Shown here one piece after another: positions 37,048-50,687 of a DNA stretch of 64,000 nt. A model generated the notes under the pieces. That model worked only from the letters and a program-made list of their open reading frames with translations. It ran no database searches and had not been told where the DNA came from. Made by a program: the position numbers and the translations under genes. The DNA comes from Fimicolochytrium jonesii (Eukaryota): assembly GCF_025526975.1 (NCBI RefSeq), contig NW_026515677.1, positions 620,001 through 684,000 on the forward strand, read 5' to 3'. Every line of letters starts with the position of its first letter. The stretch's first letter is position 1.

Positions 37048-37950
37048 ATGACGAGCACGAAAGAACTGCCCGGCTCTCCAGACCATTCATCCTCTCCATC
37101 GACTGAGCAGAAGCCTGTTCTCGACGCCTCGACTGCTGGAGGAGTAGGGCAAGAGGATACCCATGACCCTCCCGAGGCAGCCGGCACGGCAACCCCACCC
37201 CAACCACCTACCAAACCCACCCCCTCCGAAGATACAAAGCCAGCGCCCACGCCCCCAACCAAGAAAGAAAAACCCGTCCCCATTCCCCCGACACTACCAC
37301 AAGACCCCCGCGACCTCCACTTCTCAGTCCGCCCTTACGCCGGGGCGGCGTTCGGGAATATTTCAGGGCCGGATAGCGGGCAGACGGGGACTCCCAGACG
37401 GGGACGGTCGAGGCCTACTAGTGGGGTTGGTGGGCAAACTGGAGATGAGAGGGGGCATGGAGCGAAGCCGCAGAAGGTTGAGGGGAAACGGGAAGCGACG
37501 GGTGCGGGGGAGGTGAATGATGCTGCCGTCAAGCGGGATTCTGGGAACAAAGGAGGGATCGCACGGCCACTACCAGTACCCAAACCGAAACCGTTCACAC
37601 ATGCACACGGACCATCACCCCCCTCAAAACCAAGGATCACAACCAGCAATGTGTTTGGCAGACTGCCCCCACCCTCTATACCCCGCCACTGCATCCGCCC
37701 CGCGCCAAATATACCCCTCCCACCCCTACGAACTCGTAAAGGATGCGTTGGGGTGTGCAATCTACGCAGAATGGGTCGATCGGTGAATGATGATCGGATG
37801 AGGGCGTTTGGACTGACGAAGGCGGGAACGACGGCGTGGGAGAGTGGGAGGAGGGTTATTGTGTATCCGGTGGAGAATGGACAAGGTGCGGAGTTGCGAG
37901 ATCTTTTCCAGAGGGAGTTTTGGATGATATTGATTGGTGAGGGCCAATAG
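37048..37950 (+). CDS. Hypothetical Pro-rich protein
   Basis: 300-aa ATG-started ORF; no recognisable domain; exon limits uncertain. Confidence 0.4.
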   Translation: MTSTKELPGSPDHSSSPSTEQKPVLDASTAGGVGQEDTHDPPEAAGTATPPQPPTKPTPSEDTKPAPTPPTKKEKPVPIPPTLPQDPRDLHFSVRPYAGAAFGNISGPDSGQTGTPRRGRSRPTSGVGGQTGDERGHGAKPQKVEGKREATGAGEVNDAAVKRDSGNKGGIARPLPVPKPKPFTHAHGPSPPSKPRITTSNVFGRLPPPSIPRHCIRPAPNIPLPPLRTRKGCVGVCNLRRMGRSVNDDRMRAFGLTKAGTTAWESGRRVIVYPVENGQGAELRDLFQREFWMILIGEGQ

Positions 37951-39408
37951 CACGGTATACTCATGCGGAAGCGGTGAGACATGACCCGCAGCCGGAGAGG
38001 GTCAAACCGCCGGTCCCACCGATACATTCTGAGTACGCGCATTCGTTCGCGCAGGTTTTGCAGTTGGATCGTACTGCTTGGCGAAACACGCAGTACGTTC
38101 AATCTCACATCTTCGTGATATCAGTTGCAACGACTAAATCAGAGTTCTTTTCCCTCATAGACACCCCGCACGGAACCCACCAGCGTTCCTACAACTAAAC
38201 TACGCACCAGGCCCGCCCGTCCCACGGCCGACACGGTTCGGATGCAACACTGAGTGGGGACATGACTCGTTCGTGACTGTGCAAGCGGCGCCGCAATCGA
38301 CTTATTTTATGCCTGAGAAGGTATTTGTGGGATTCTTGGATATTGAGAACATCTTGGCTGATATCCAAATTACGCATTACGTGTAGGAACGGCTTGAACG
38401 CACAAAGTTCCTCGAGCACGGTCATCAGCGCACCCAGGCGCTGAGAAGAGTTCCGGGAATTAGGCTGGAGACGGAAACAACGACCTAATGAGGATTCATC
38501 GCTCTTCGGTTGATGGTCGGGGAAGGTCCGGGGAAACTGGGGGATCTCTCACGTATCTAGATCGCAGTTGTCGGTTCCTGAATGTACTCAGCGCTGGGAG
38601 ATTCAGACGCAGTTGACGACTTTGTCGAAATGCATTCATGCCATCCGCTCATACGAGGAGAAGCGCCGTGCTCAAAACTTAAACGCTACGCTGAACTCCA
38701 GAGTTATGTGGTTGTCCTCCTCTCGTCCCGTACCAAAAGAAAGTCTCTTCCTATCAAAGCTAGCGATCCGCTTCATCCCTCATCGTTCGCTTTCGCCAGC
38801 GATCTTTGCCCCGGTGTCAGTCTTGTTCGGGCTGAGAAAGTCGTCAATGTGCGAACTTTGTGGGTCCCGTTTTGGGTGTTGTTCTGGCCGAACTGAGCTG
38901 GCAGTCGGGCTTCCCAAAGTCACCGTCCGTCATCCCAAAGTCACCGTTAGCATCGCCGCGACGGTCCAACTCCAGGAATCTTACAAGCGACCTCGTCCAA
39001 GAGCCCTGGGTCTTCTACGCCGCAAGTACAGTACTTGCCCCTCATCGTTCTACGTAGTTGAGCCCGGAGTTTGTGTTGCAGCTTTGGAGTTTCTGAGTAC
39101 TGTACTATGTGGAAGTTCCGAGTTCTTCTGCCCACTTCCACATGTGTCTGTCATGACGTGACCCCGCGTCTTTCCGGACCCCAGATTCGCGCCCATGACG
39201 CTGCTCCAAGCCAGGCTCCAAGCTGCTGCAAGTGATGTGAACTGCTCGACTTGCTGCTGCTGTTGCGGGGAAAAGCCCTCTTTCTTTCGACATTCCCACG
39301 CCACCGTTCCTGATCAGTAAGGCCGTTTGAGGCTGCTGCATCCAATAGCATAACTCGCCTCTTCCTCCTCTCCTTCACTCAAAGACCTTCGCTCTTCAAT
39401 CACGCATC

Positions 39409-42400
39409 ATGACGGAAACCTCAACCTCCACAGCCCAGTCTGAGCCGGCGCGCCTGGTCGTCATCTCCAACCGACTGCCTGTTACCATCAAGGCTACAGG
39501 GGACCAGAAATGGGACTTCAGTATGAGCTCGGGAGGGCTCGTGTCTGCGCTGTCGGGGCTCGCAAAGGAAATGAAGTTTACTTGGATCGGTTGGCCTGGT
39601 GAGTACTCCGAGCGGAGCGAGGAGGATGCTTGAGGTTCGCAAGTCATGCGAGCCGCGAGCGAAGAGAGCAATGGTAGTGGTCTGCCACGAGCGAAGCGCG
39701 AGCGGAGCGAGCCACATTGCGCCAAAGGCGCAATACTACACCAACTACGGTCCTTAGCGAGCTACGGTCCGCCCACGGAACTCAACATCCTCGTCGCGAG
39801 CGGAACGAGCAGGGTATCGTTTGTTGATGGTTAATGGTTGATGGGTTGATGGATGTTAGTCGATGGCTAATGGTTGACACTACCTTTCACTTTCTCAGGG
39901 TTGGACGTTCCAAAGGACCAACAAGCAGCGATGAAGTCTCAGTTATCTGAGCAGCACTCCTGCGCCCCAGTGTTTATCAGCGACGAGGTGGCTGACATGC
40001 ACTACAATGGGTTTTCGAACAGGTGCGTCATTGTTTCCTCGCTTCTTTCTCGATGGTTTATGATATTCTGACGCCTCTCTCATCGAAAACAGCATCCTAT
40101 GGCCTCTCTTTCACTACCATCCCGGAGAAATCAACTTCAACGAGGAGCACTGGAACGCCTACCAGCAAGTGAATCGAGCGTTCGCGGACGCCGTAGCAGA
40201 GCAAACGAAAGAAGGAGATATCATTTGGGTACAGGATTACCATTTGATGCTCCTGCCAACAATGTTGCGGGACATACTGTCGGAGAGGAACATCAAGAAT
40301 GTCAAGATCGGTTTCTTCTTGCACACACCTTTCCCATCTAGCGAGATCTACAGGTATGGACGGCGGCATTTGCTTCCAGCGCACATGCACTCGGAAGCCG
40401 TATCTGAATACTCTTCAAACAGGATTCTTCCCGTGAGGAAACAAGTGCTTCTTGGTGTACTAAACTGCGATCTGATTGGATTCCACACATACGATTACGC
40501 GCGACACTTTTTGAGCTCGTGTACCCGAATTTTGGGACTTCACACGATGCCGAATGGAGTGGAGTTTGAGGGACGGATTGTGCACGTGGGCACATTCCCC
40601 ATCGGAATTGACACGGAGAAGTTTGCAGAGGTGTGAATGACAATCAGCGCATCTTAAGACTAGGGCGGAAACTTATCAGATTCCCCATTTTCCTGCGCAG
40701 GGTTTGAAAACGGAAAAGATCGTAAAGCGTATCGCTCAACTGCGTGAGAAGTTCAAGGGAGTCAAGCTGATCGTGGGTGTGGATCGTCTGGACTACATCA
40801 AAGGTGTTCCACAAAAGCTGCATGCGCTAGAGATGTTCCTATCTCAGCACCCCGAATTTGTCGAGAAGGTGATTACTTTGCTTTCGTGGGGTAGGCACAT
40901 CAGAAGCAGCGACCTAACCTATAAATGTCCAGGTCGTACTCGTACAAGTGGCCGTACCATCTCGCCAAGACGTCGAAGAGTACCAGAACCTGCAGCGAGT
41001 CGTCAACGAGCTCGTCGGACGCATCAACGGGATATATGGAACGGTCGACTACGCCCCCATCCACTTCATGCATCGCTCTGTGCCGTTCGATGAGCTCGTG
41101 TCGCTGTACGCGGTTGCGGATGCGTGTCTTGTTTCGTCTACGCGTGATGGGATGAATTTGGTCTCGTATGAGTATATTGTGTCCCAGCAGGAGCGTCATG
41201 GCGTGCTCATTTTGAGTGAGTTTGCGGGTGCGGCGCAGTCGCTGAACGGTAAGGGTTAATTTTGCGCTTCAATGGAATGGGTAGTGACTGCGGTAGCTCA
41301 TCCGGCCGACATTACAGGTTCTATCATTGTGAATCCTTGGAGCACGGAAGAACTCTCCCAAGCTATCCACGACGCTGTGACGATGCCCGACGACCTCAGG
41401 AAAGCGAATCACCAAAAGTTGTACAGATATGTGACAAAGTACACCGCTGCATATTGGGGATTGACTTTTGTGAAAGAACTACAAGTATGTGAAACGAAGC
41501 CTTCTGCAATGGTTTTCCCAGTGATCCAGGACTAACATGTGCTCTTGCTCAGCGTGTGACGCTACTGAATGCGCCGCAAAACCTCCCGAAGCTGCCGTAT
41601 GACATGGTAGTGACGAAGTTCAAGAAGTCCAACAAGAAGAAGGTGGGTTCCACGTGCGTGCGCGCGAGAGAGGGCCATGGGCTAATTTTTGCCCTTCCTC
41701 CAGATCATCTTCTTAGACTATGATGGGACTCTGACAACAACTCACAAGCTACCCGAGTTTGCAAAACCCTCATCGGCAGTCCTTGACTCTCTGAAACGGT
41801 TATGTTCCATGCCCGATGTATACGTGTACATCCTATCAGGACGATCAAGAATGCACTTGGACCTATGGTTCGCAGAGACCGGCGTAGGTCTCTCCGCCGA
41901 GCACGGCTGCTTCTACCGCCACCCCCAAAAGCTCGGCGAGAACTTCGCCGACCCCGACGGCGAAAACGGCACAGACGGCGACACAAACGATTCAGTAGAC
42001 GGCGCCGAAATCTTCCGACGGAGGACGAACAATGGGTGGTTGGCCCTCGTTGACCAGATCGACTCGTCATGGCGGGACACGATCCGGCCACTTTTTCAAC
42101 ACTACACTGAGCGGACTCCTGGAAGTTTTATTGAGGAGAAGGAGATCAATCTGACGTGGCATTACAGGAACGCTGACCCGGAGTTTGGGGGGTGGCAGTC
42201 GGCGGAGCTGCAGGTCAACCTTGAGAAGATTTTGAGTCATATGCCGGTTTCGGTGAGTAACCTTCGCGACATGACGCCCGTACACGCACTTACACCTCCG
42301 TCCCCGCCCAGATCATCCTCGGCAACAAAACCCTCGAACTCCGTCCCTCAATGGTCGACAAAGCCACCGCAGCTCGCGCCATCTTCCGCGACCTGGGCGG

Positions 42401-42605
42401 CGAGCGCGACTGCGACTACTGCCTCTGCGTCGGCGACGGCAAGACCGACGAGGTCGTCTTCCAGCTGCTGCAGCACGATTTCGAAAGTCATCAGGATCAC
42501 CTCGTCACGGCGACCGTGGGGAAGAAACAGACCGAGGCGGCGTACTATGTCGAGACCGTGAAGGAGGTGGAGAGGTTGATTAGCCAGCTTGCGAACTGTC
42601 GATGA
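39409..42605 (+). CDS. TPS1: Trehalose-6-phosphate synthase (GT20) fused to a HAD trehalose-phosphatase domain, multi-exon
   Basis: SNRLP, SSGGLVSAL, WVQDYHLMLLP, GFFLHTPFPSSE, GVDRLDYIKG, RDGMNLV, LSEFAG; C-terminal FLDYDGTL, LSGR, AEHG, VGDGKTDE. Confidence 0.93.
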
Positions 42606-42851
42606 GATCATGATGCCATCCGGGTGGGAAATAGACCTGTATTTGATTTCCCCATTTCTACCATATCATTTTGTAATTTTTGTATTATTGCACATTGAAT
42701 AGATCTTGAAAATTTGACCTTACACTTCTGTGAGGACCTTTTCTCTGACAGTAGTTTGCCGATCGATTCTTTATTTACAACATCCCTCCTACATCCCCAT
42801 GGCGACGCAACGAAGAGCCGGGCAGCAAACGACAGATACCGCTTCGTCATA

Positions 42852-44751
42852 TTACAGATCTTCCGGGCGTAATATCGCAGCGGTACTTGCATACATAATC
42901 TCATCACTCGCACTGTTCCCACTCCTCCTCCGCCCACTCTCCACATCATCCCCCCTCTCATCCTCCGACTCCCCTTCACTAATCGCATCATGCTCATCCT
43001 CCTCCTCATCGCTCTGAAACGGTCTCCTCCCACCCTCCTCATGATCATGCACCCCAAACTGCGTTTTCAATGGGCTAAATCTCCCCGCCGGCGACTTGCC
43101 GGCCCCCCCACCCAACGGCGACGCCCCAACACTAACCCTCCTACTCGACGTGCTCCCCCTCCTCGTCGGCGACTTGCCCAAATCAACATCAACCATACTG
43201 ATCGTGTCCTGATCAAACACGTCCCCGAATTCCTCCAGCGCCCGTCGCGCACGCCGCTCTTTGCGTCGCTTCCGGTGGCGTCGGACCTCCGCGGGCGCTT
43301 CGGTGATGTCCCGCAGGATGTGCATCGGGCTCAGCGCGTCCAATAATGCCGGCAATACCCGCGTGCGTAGTTTCACGGGCCCTTGTACACCTCCACCCCC
43401 ACCCGCGGTAGCATTCATAGCCGCCACACTCCCCGCTGCCAAAATCGGCGAACTCACAACACTCCCCCTTCTCGACACCTGTGTCGCGCTGAACTCGGTA
43501 TACGGGAACGCCTTGATGTGCAGCGCGGCGGCGACGAGCATCTCGATGCAGACGAGGAAGGATTTGATCATGTCCGCTTCGTCTTCGGTGTCGTAGTAGA
43601 TGCTGGTGGATTTGAGATACCCGAGGGAGATGAGACCGTCGAGGACGAGGCCTTGCCAGAAGGTGAAGAAAACTATGAATTTTACGGCTATGATCTGTGA
43701 GATGAGAAAAAGATCAATGTTGGGCGGGTGTGATGGGTGATGAGTAATGCAGCATTGATGGGGACGAACCTTCCATAAAGGTCGCCATTCCTGCACGTCG
43801 TCTTTGATGACGATGTAGAACGTGAACAGCCCATACATGGCGAACGTGCTACTGATCATGTTGGCGTATGTTATCCAGAACTCTCCGTGTGCTGGTGAGC
43901 CCGAGTTGGGGCACAGAACCCCAAATTGGGACATGATCATCGCCAGGATGGTCGTTAGCGGTCTGCAAAACAGGAAAATGTCAGATCTCACAACGCCCCA
44001 CCACTCCCATACCACAGTCGCCCGAACCCCACGCATCAACCTACCTAACAACAACATACTGCAACACCAACCACCTCGTATTCAACAAGAACGCATACCC
44101 CGCCGGATTATACCAAAAACAACAAAACGGCACCGGATACTTCATCGGTCTCTTCCCCTGCATCCGCGCATGCTGTGCGTCCAGGTTCGGGCCGAGGTAG
44201 TTCAAGAGTAACGTGTAGAAGCTGTAGAGCACGAAGGCCTCGTAGGAGTCCCGCACGACTTCGATGTAAGGCGTGTACCAGTAGAACCGGAAGGAGAGGC
44301 AGGAGGCGAAGGCGTAGACTGGGACCATTCTGGCGGAGGTGGGGTGTTAGATGGTGGTTGCAAGGGTGGGGATGACGGATCGGGACGCACTTACAGAAGG
44401 ATACGCACGATCCATCGTTGATACTGCGGCTGGAAGTAGTGCTGAAAATGCCGAAACTGCCCATAGAAAAAGTGGATCAACAAAACCGTAACTACATCAG
44501 ACGCCGAGACGTTAACAGGTGGAACTCACACAAAGCCAAAAACTCGCAACAGTAGCCAAAAGCGACAACGCCACCGTCACATTGAACATAAACACCACAT
44601 TATGGAAGTCCGGACTCGTTGGATCGAAGTTGGGGCCTTTTAGCGGTCCGCATTCGTCTTCTTCGGCTATTGTTTCGTTTGTGGGTGTAGTGGTGTTGGG
44701 GCTGGTGTCGTCGCGGACTTGGATGTGGGAAAGGGGGTTCCAGTGGGCCAT
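42852..44751 (-). CDS. TMEM184: TMEM184/OST-alpha family membrane transporter, multi-exon
   Basis: QRWIVRIL-MVPVYA, RDSYEAFVLYSF, VLQYVVVRP, AVKFIVFFTFWQ, LVCIEM..AALHIKAFPY. Confidence 0.9.
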
Positions 44752-45199
44752 TTTAAGAGTGTGCCCACAACTGATATTGATGCGCTCGGTTGCAAGAACG
44801 ACGAATAAGCTACGACGCCTATGTACCACTGAAAACGACGTATGTATACGGACCTCCAATGGTGGAGTGACGACTGCGAACAAACCTTGTCCCAAAATCG
44901 GGATTCCGACGCAAGCCACCCGAGGCAAGGGAAATCGACAGCGCGTTATCATGTCAAATGCCCGTCGGCACTGACAGAAAATACTGCTTCAATTGGAAGG
45001 GATACATCAATTGATAAAGCATCTGCATACACATCCCGATAGACACAGTTCGCAATTGACGAGAAGATATCTCATACAGTACAAGCAGTACGATGAGGCA
45101 ATGAGCATCCTCGCCATTAACTAATAATGTACTCTTTACTTTCTCTACACTTTATTTGGGGCGTAATAACAGGAATACTTCACATTCCTCCAACACATC

Positions 45200-45418
45200 A
45201 TGGTTGTATATCAACCCGCTAATGCCGATATCATTGCAAAGGTAACCGCGTTCTTCAACTACGTAGACAAGGATGGGGATGGACTCATCAAACCTTCCGT
45301 GCTGAAGGCGGCCATAGCAGCCCCAGATCCGAGAACGATATATGTGTACAATAGACCTTGTTTATTATTAGACTTTTCGGACCGGACAAAACTATCTGTA
45401 TATGAGCGGTCGACATGA
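45200..45418 (+). pseudogene. Truncated EF-hand protein fragment
   Basis: AFFNYVDKDGDGLI is an EF-hand entry helix plus loop, but the loop lacks Glu12 and there is no partner hand. Confidence 0.5.
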
Positions 45419-46065
45419 CGTGTCTGAACCAGACCTTAAAGGACAACGCCGAGAGTTCGTTGCAAGTTCGCCACAAGCTCGCCACAATGGAGTTAAGGTT
45501 CATTATCTACTCTCCGCTCAACGCCCTGCCTTACGAAGTCTATCAGCACATCACAGACTGGGGTGAAAAAGAGATAAAGGAAAGGGAAGCTAGGGTTATC
45601 TGTTATTTATTCACTCGAGAAGAAAAATGGAGAGAGCTTACGAAGCAACCTCCGAACGGAGTCCATTCGCAAGCGAGCCTCCATTCCACACAATCCTTGC
45701 AAGGGCATTTTGATGTCTCCCCCATTGAATGTTCGATACCAGTCGCTCGACGAGAGGGACCGTGAGCGGTTCACTGACTAGGGAGTCCTTCAACGCGCGA
45801 GCTGCGACCTCGATGAAGACGTCGATCTTGGGAACTTGTAGACAGTGTGGTGGCACCGAACAGCTGTGGCTGCTGGTACAATATCGTCAGAAACGTTTCC
45901 TGCTGCTCTGAAACGAGGTTTGTTGCTGCAAATGTTCCGACTCCACGCACAGCCAGGAATCTTCTTGTTTCGTAGACCTGGGTTGCCGAAAAAACATGCT
46001 ATAAGACCCCAGGTGAGCAACCTGCTTTTACCCTCAACTGCGGTGAAACCGGCCCGTCCCTCCTA

Positions 46066-46211
46066 CAGTCTAGTCTCGTTTATTTCAATTCCGGTTCCTT
46101 CAACTTTCGCTTATTTCAAGGGAATTTCAAGGGAATAGTATACCCGTGATATTGGGAGGATTTCAAATATTTCAACTTTCGCTTATTTCGCTGTTGAAAT
46201 GAACTAGACTG
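46066..46211. mobile_element. Short MITE (146 bp) related to the 20750-21086 element, inverted orientation, TA flanks
   Basis: Ends CAGTCTAGT...ACTAGACTG with TA either side; TCTCGTTTATTTCAATTCCGGTTCCTTCAACTTTCGCTTATTTCAA is the reverse complement of the first element's right end. Confidence 0.85.
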
Positions 46212-46764
46212 TACTGTACCTCAATTTCCGAGTGCTAGCTGTCTTCCTACGGTCGCACCACACTCGACTCGACTACCTGGGGACGCCGTGTGGGCCTTGC
46301 GCTACGCTGGTTTGTCTAAGGATTTGCTCAGTTGATAGACAGACACCAGACCAGTGCTGAGGGCTCCGCATACCAGCTTCTTGTCCGGCCCCCCTGGTCT
46401 CTCGTCTCCACAACCTCCCTCGACGTATTCTTCCCCCAATTTCGCCCTCCGCACCACACAGTGCCACCTCCCGCGCATATGTGCCACCACACTGTCTTTT
46501 GGGGTGCATTTTCAAACGGCCATATAAATACATTTCACATACATATCCAAAATCTATAGAAAATAGCATACTTTACTGTGTACTCTATGGAAACCATTCC
46601 CCCACCTTCTGCTACAAATCTACTAATCTACTAACGCGCGGGGTCGACAAGAGGTCCCGCCGGCTACTTGATCCACATCCGCAAAAGTCCAGCTTCGGCG
46701 AGAAAAGATGAGGAATGGGTGGATGCCGAACTATGCTGCCTGTCGCAACTTCCGTTTTCTCGTC

Positions 46765-49150
46765 CTATGCTCTCTGTTCCCGATGCCGTGGGCATTCACA
46801 TAGACGCTTCTCGGGGTAAACTGGGGCCCCGCGTCGGATCATGAAGTGGCGCCATAGACCGTAGTATTCTGGGCCCCACTTGAGGGCGTAGCGCTGGTAG
46901 TACTCCATGTCTTTGAGGTCGCTGCAGAACCCGTGCTCGAGCAAGTACTTGATGCCAGTGTAACGATTCTCCTCTTGCCCGAACGTGTCAAGCTGCTTAT
47001 GGAGGTTTGTAAAGTCGACGGTTTCCGGGTCCTGTTCGTCGTCGCATTCTTCCTCCTCGTCAAATTCCCCTTCTTCAGACGATTCCACCATCTCTTGTTC
47101 TTGTTCTTGCTCTTCATGTTGGATTTCCAAGTTCACGCCGTCTTCGCCTTCGTCATGGAGGGTCTCGAGGTTGTTGCCGACTTCGCCCTCGTCTGCATCG
47201 TCCAAATAACTTTCCGATGTGAGCCCTTCTTCATTCTCGTCATCATCGTTATCGTCATCGACAGGTTCGCCAAGGAACGCACCAAATGAAGACCCGATCA
47301 ATTCGTCCAACGAAGACCTGATCAATTCGTCCAACCGACGGTTGAGCTTGGCCTGGTGGGCTTGCGCCTCGTCCTGGGGCATGTGAAGAGCCCCGGCGAC
47401 CTGAACGTTGAATCCATAGTTGAGGAACTTCTCCTTGTAATCCGCCAGGTCGTGAAGAGGGTTAACGGGGCGGCCTTCGAACCACCACACGAACAAATGA
47501 TCGAAAGGTGTGTTGTCGTCAGCGAGCGCACCTAGTTCCAGCAGGAGATCCGGGGCTGCAAAACCATCTTTGCCGTCCCGTTCAATGTTGATCATAGCCG
47601 AAGACATTGGAGTAATTGTCCCGCCGTTTTCGAGGGTATGGCGGTGATTGACATTTGCCCCGCACTCTTTTACGAGGTACCGGATGACCTCGCAGTTCCA
47701 CACCCGAGCAGCGAAAATCAATGCAGTGTTGGCAAGATCGGGAAACTTCGATACCGCGGGATGTTCCAGGATAGGCCTGATTATATCTATGCTATTGACA
47801 GCGGCAAACAACGCCATGTCCTTGTACTCCCCCAAAGCGCAGTTTTTATCCAATAGATAAGTCAACAAAGTCGGAGGAGGCGATTGGAGCTCCGGCCGGA
47901 GAGGGTACGTACAATGTGCAGGGTGGGCGGCTGCCGAAGTCGCCATGAAAAGCACCTCGCCACTCTCATCTGGCTTTGTTTGGTCAATGAGAAAGTCGAT
48001 CATGTTACGATCTCCCCAAGCAGCGGCGTAGCTTAAGGGCAGACCCAGGCCATGCGTATCCGACCGCGGGCTCTGAGCTTTGATCGGCGGAATGGCGCCA
48101 TGGTCTATGATCAAGTGCTTGGCCAATCCGAAGAGCCCATACCGACAGGCAACACGGAGCGCCTCGTTGTCGTTGACGGTAACATCAACCTTGTGCTTCT
48201 TCAAAAGCACGTTGACCACTCCCGACCACCCGAGCGCCATACTGGCGGACAGAAGGGTTCCACGAACAGTCACATGAATGAATGGCTTGGTGATGATCGC
48301 CAGGTTTGGAATATCCGCAAGCAGGAATGCTTCAACTAGGTCCTCCACTTGCAACCATGATACAGCAGGGCGAATGTCCTCTAGCGTCCAGCCGGTGATT
48401 TCGAGGTTAACGGCGAGGAAAGGAATTGAGAGTGCATAGGTTCGCTTCCTCTCCTCATCAGAGTATGCCCAGTTCAGCTTCATCAGCCAGCTGAAGTAGT
48501 CTGATCGAATACCGAGGTCCGACTCCTTCTGGATTTCGCTCTTGTACATTCGTCCCGTCAATCTGATTATCTGGATCAAAAAAGCCTGGGATCCGTAAGC
48601 CGGTGGCGTCCTGGATAATCCCGTAGCACTCCGTTCCTGATAAACTTTGGCTTGGGCTTGCAGTGTATCGGGGCGGTTCGAAGGCTTCCATCTTTCGGGC
48701 ACCACATCGATCCTATCGAACTCCCGGTAAAGGCTGGAGTCGAGGTCAAAGATATATTCTGAATCGATCTGACGATGGGAAAGTGCCTGCACGGAAAGGG
48801 AAAGAAAGGAAGGTCATCAAGTGTCCAGGTTTGTCCGAGAACTGCGAAGGGACTGATGCGCTTCAGCCTACCTTGAACCGTTCAATTATATACTGCAACG
48901 GAATAGAAATGAGAGTTCCAGGATCCGCCCAGTCGGCCCTCAAGGCAAACTTTGCGTTGGCCTGCTCCATGAGACAGGCTAGCACGGCATACGGCGTTCG
49001 ACCAACCAGTGCCCATTCCCTACTTGCGGAAGTGAGGGTGGAGAAGTCTGATAAGGTTGGCAGGCGAGACAAGATCTCCAGCATAACATGCTGAGGAAGA
49101 GTGTTCATTTCGGGGATCCTAGCGAGGGTGTGTGCTTCGGATGTGGCCAC
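46765..49150 (-). CDS. F-box-like plus ankyrin-repeat protein with acidic insert; exons 49150-48872, 48786-46765
   Basis: MNTLPQHVMLEILSRLP F-box-like motif; ankyrin-like NEALRVACRYGLFGLAKHLI, PLSYAAAWGDRNMIDFLI, TALIFAARVWNCEVIRYLVKECGANVN; in-frame splice confirmed. Confidence 0.8.
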
Positions 49151-50687
49151 TGGCTGGGCTGGTTGGTGGGGGGCGGGCTGCGGAGGGAGTAGCGAAGAGG
49201 CTGGAGCCCACTATATCTAGGTACGCCTGCTGAACTGCCCCTGCCGCCATGCTCCGCCACTGTACGCCAATGTCTGCCAATGCGCTCGCGGGCGGGATGA
49301 GAGGTAATAGTCAGTGGGCAAAAGCTGTCTGCTCCCTCTCTAACCTTATTTGAAGTTCTTTCGCGCGGACTGTATGTATATGTAACCCTAACCCTAAAGT
49401 TACCGGCACGTGCCGCCTCTCCTAACGCAAGCCTCACGGCTCGGTCCCAGTGAAAAGCCTAGCAAGGGCCCTAGCGGTTGCCGGGAGCACCGTTTCTATC
49501 TATCCTGAGAAAGGAACCACTCCCAACTGCTACATCAACCTCGCCGGTTATGAAGAGGACAGGCCTCCTGTGCAACCCCATGACACAGAAGTCTCACAAC
49601 TCGGATTTTACAAGTGCAAACACAAGAAGAAGTGGATGCACCGTCACAAGCAACCCACACGCCGTCACACAGTTGCGACCTGGAGGATGAGGACCATCCG
49701 GATGATGAGCAGTAGGTCCTGACCTCAAGGAGTTGGTAGCTGGTGGCCAGACAAGAAGGATTTGAGACTGCAAGCGGCATGAAGATCTAGATCTAGAGCC
49801 CATCATGGTGGACAGAGACATCCAAGGAGGCGCCAAATTTTGCTACCTCCTCTACACATATGCTCGATGTAACGGGTGCAGATCAGACAGGAACCGTTGG
49901 CCTTGGGAGCCCAATCCGTATCCCCTCTGGTTGAATGTGCCCACCCCCCCCCCCCCCGCGCCGCCAATAGCATCCTTCTTCCCCTCGTAAGTCCTCCTTA
50001 GTTCACCATCATCCCCATTGGTTTGTAGTGGCCGAATAGCGAGGGTTACCGAGAGACTGCAGTACTGGTGTGCTGAGACGCGAGCCATGTATGAACGGGA
50101 TTACACCAGCAGAGAAGACAAAAGACTACGAGCGAGAGACTTGAAACATATAGAACCAAGAATATACACAGCAATAGAATCGATCAACAGTCCACGGTTC
50201 AGAACCTCATGTGCAAGTATGAGACTTCCTGCATGGCGTTCAACAGCGAGTGTCCCGCGACATGCAAGGTGGGTCTGGCCTTCGACCGCACACATGACGG
50301 AGCAGGGTCAGGGCCAGAAAAGAGCGGATGGCCGAGCGAAAGCCAGCGCCGCTTTGGCCGTGGAACCGGCCCTATTCTGCGCTCGGAATATTCCTGGGAG
50401 CCAGTGAGTGTTCTGACTGTTCCTCCTGGGCGTGAGGTTCCGACGCGCGTAACTGAGAGGGCACTTCTCAACGGCAGAAACGAGCGGAGCCCATTTCACA
50501 ACTGGTCCACCCCCGGGGCATTGAGAAGAGGAATGTCAATGTCGCTGCAGCAGGTATCCCTCTCCCCGCAAGTGCATATATCTCTTCAAGCCCGACTCCC
50601 TCGCTACGCATTTCCTTCCATGTCGACCAGGCCCCACCGGTCATAACACTCCGCCGCTGAATTCCTCCGTCTCAACTTGCGACAGCC

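Noticed and set aside
4697..43770. Several stop-free, in-frame introns (SEC14, DIS3, two in PABPN1, TPS1, TMEM184) read through by the ORF track
   Set aside because: About six among several dozen short GC-rich introns is roughly what chance predicts; treated as ORF-track artefacts
44395..44404. GTATCCTT on the minus strand, resembling a U12 5' splice site
   Set aside because: It is coding sequence (R-I-L of TMEM184); the real donor GTAAGT follows immediately
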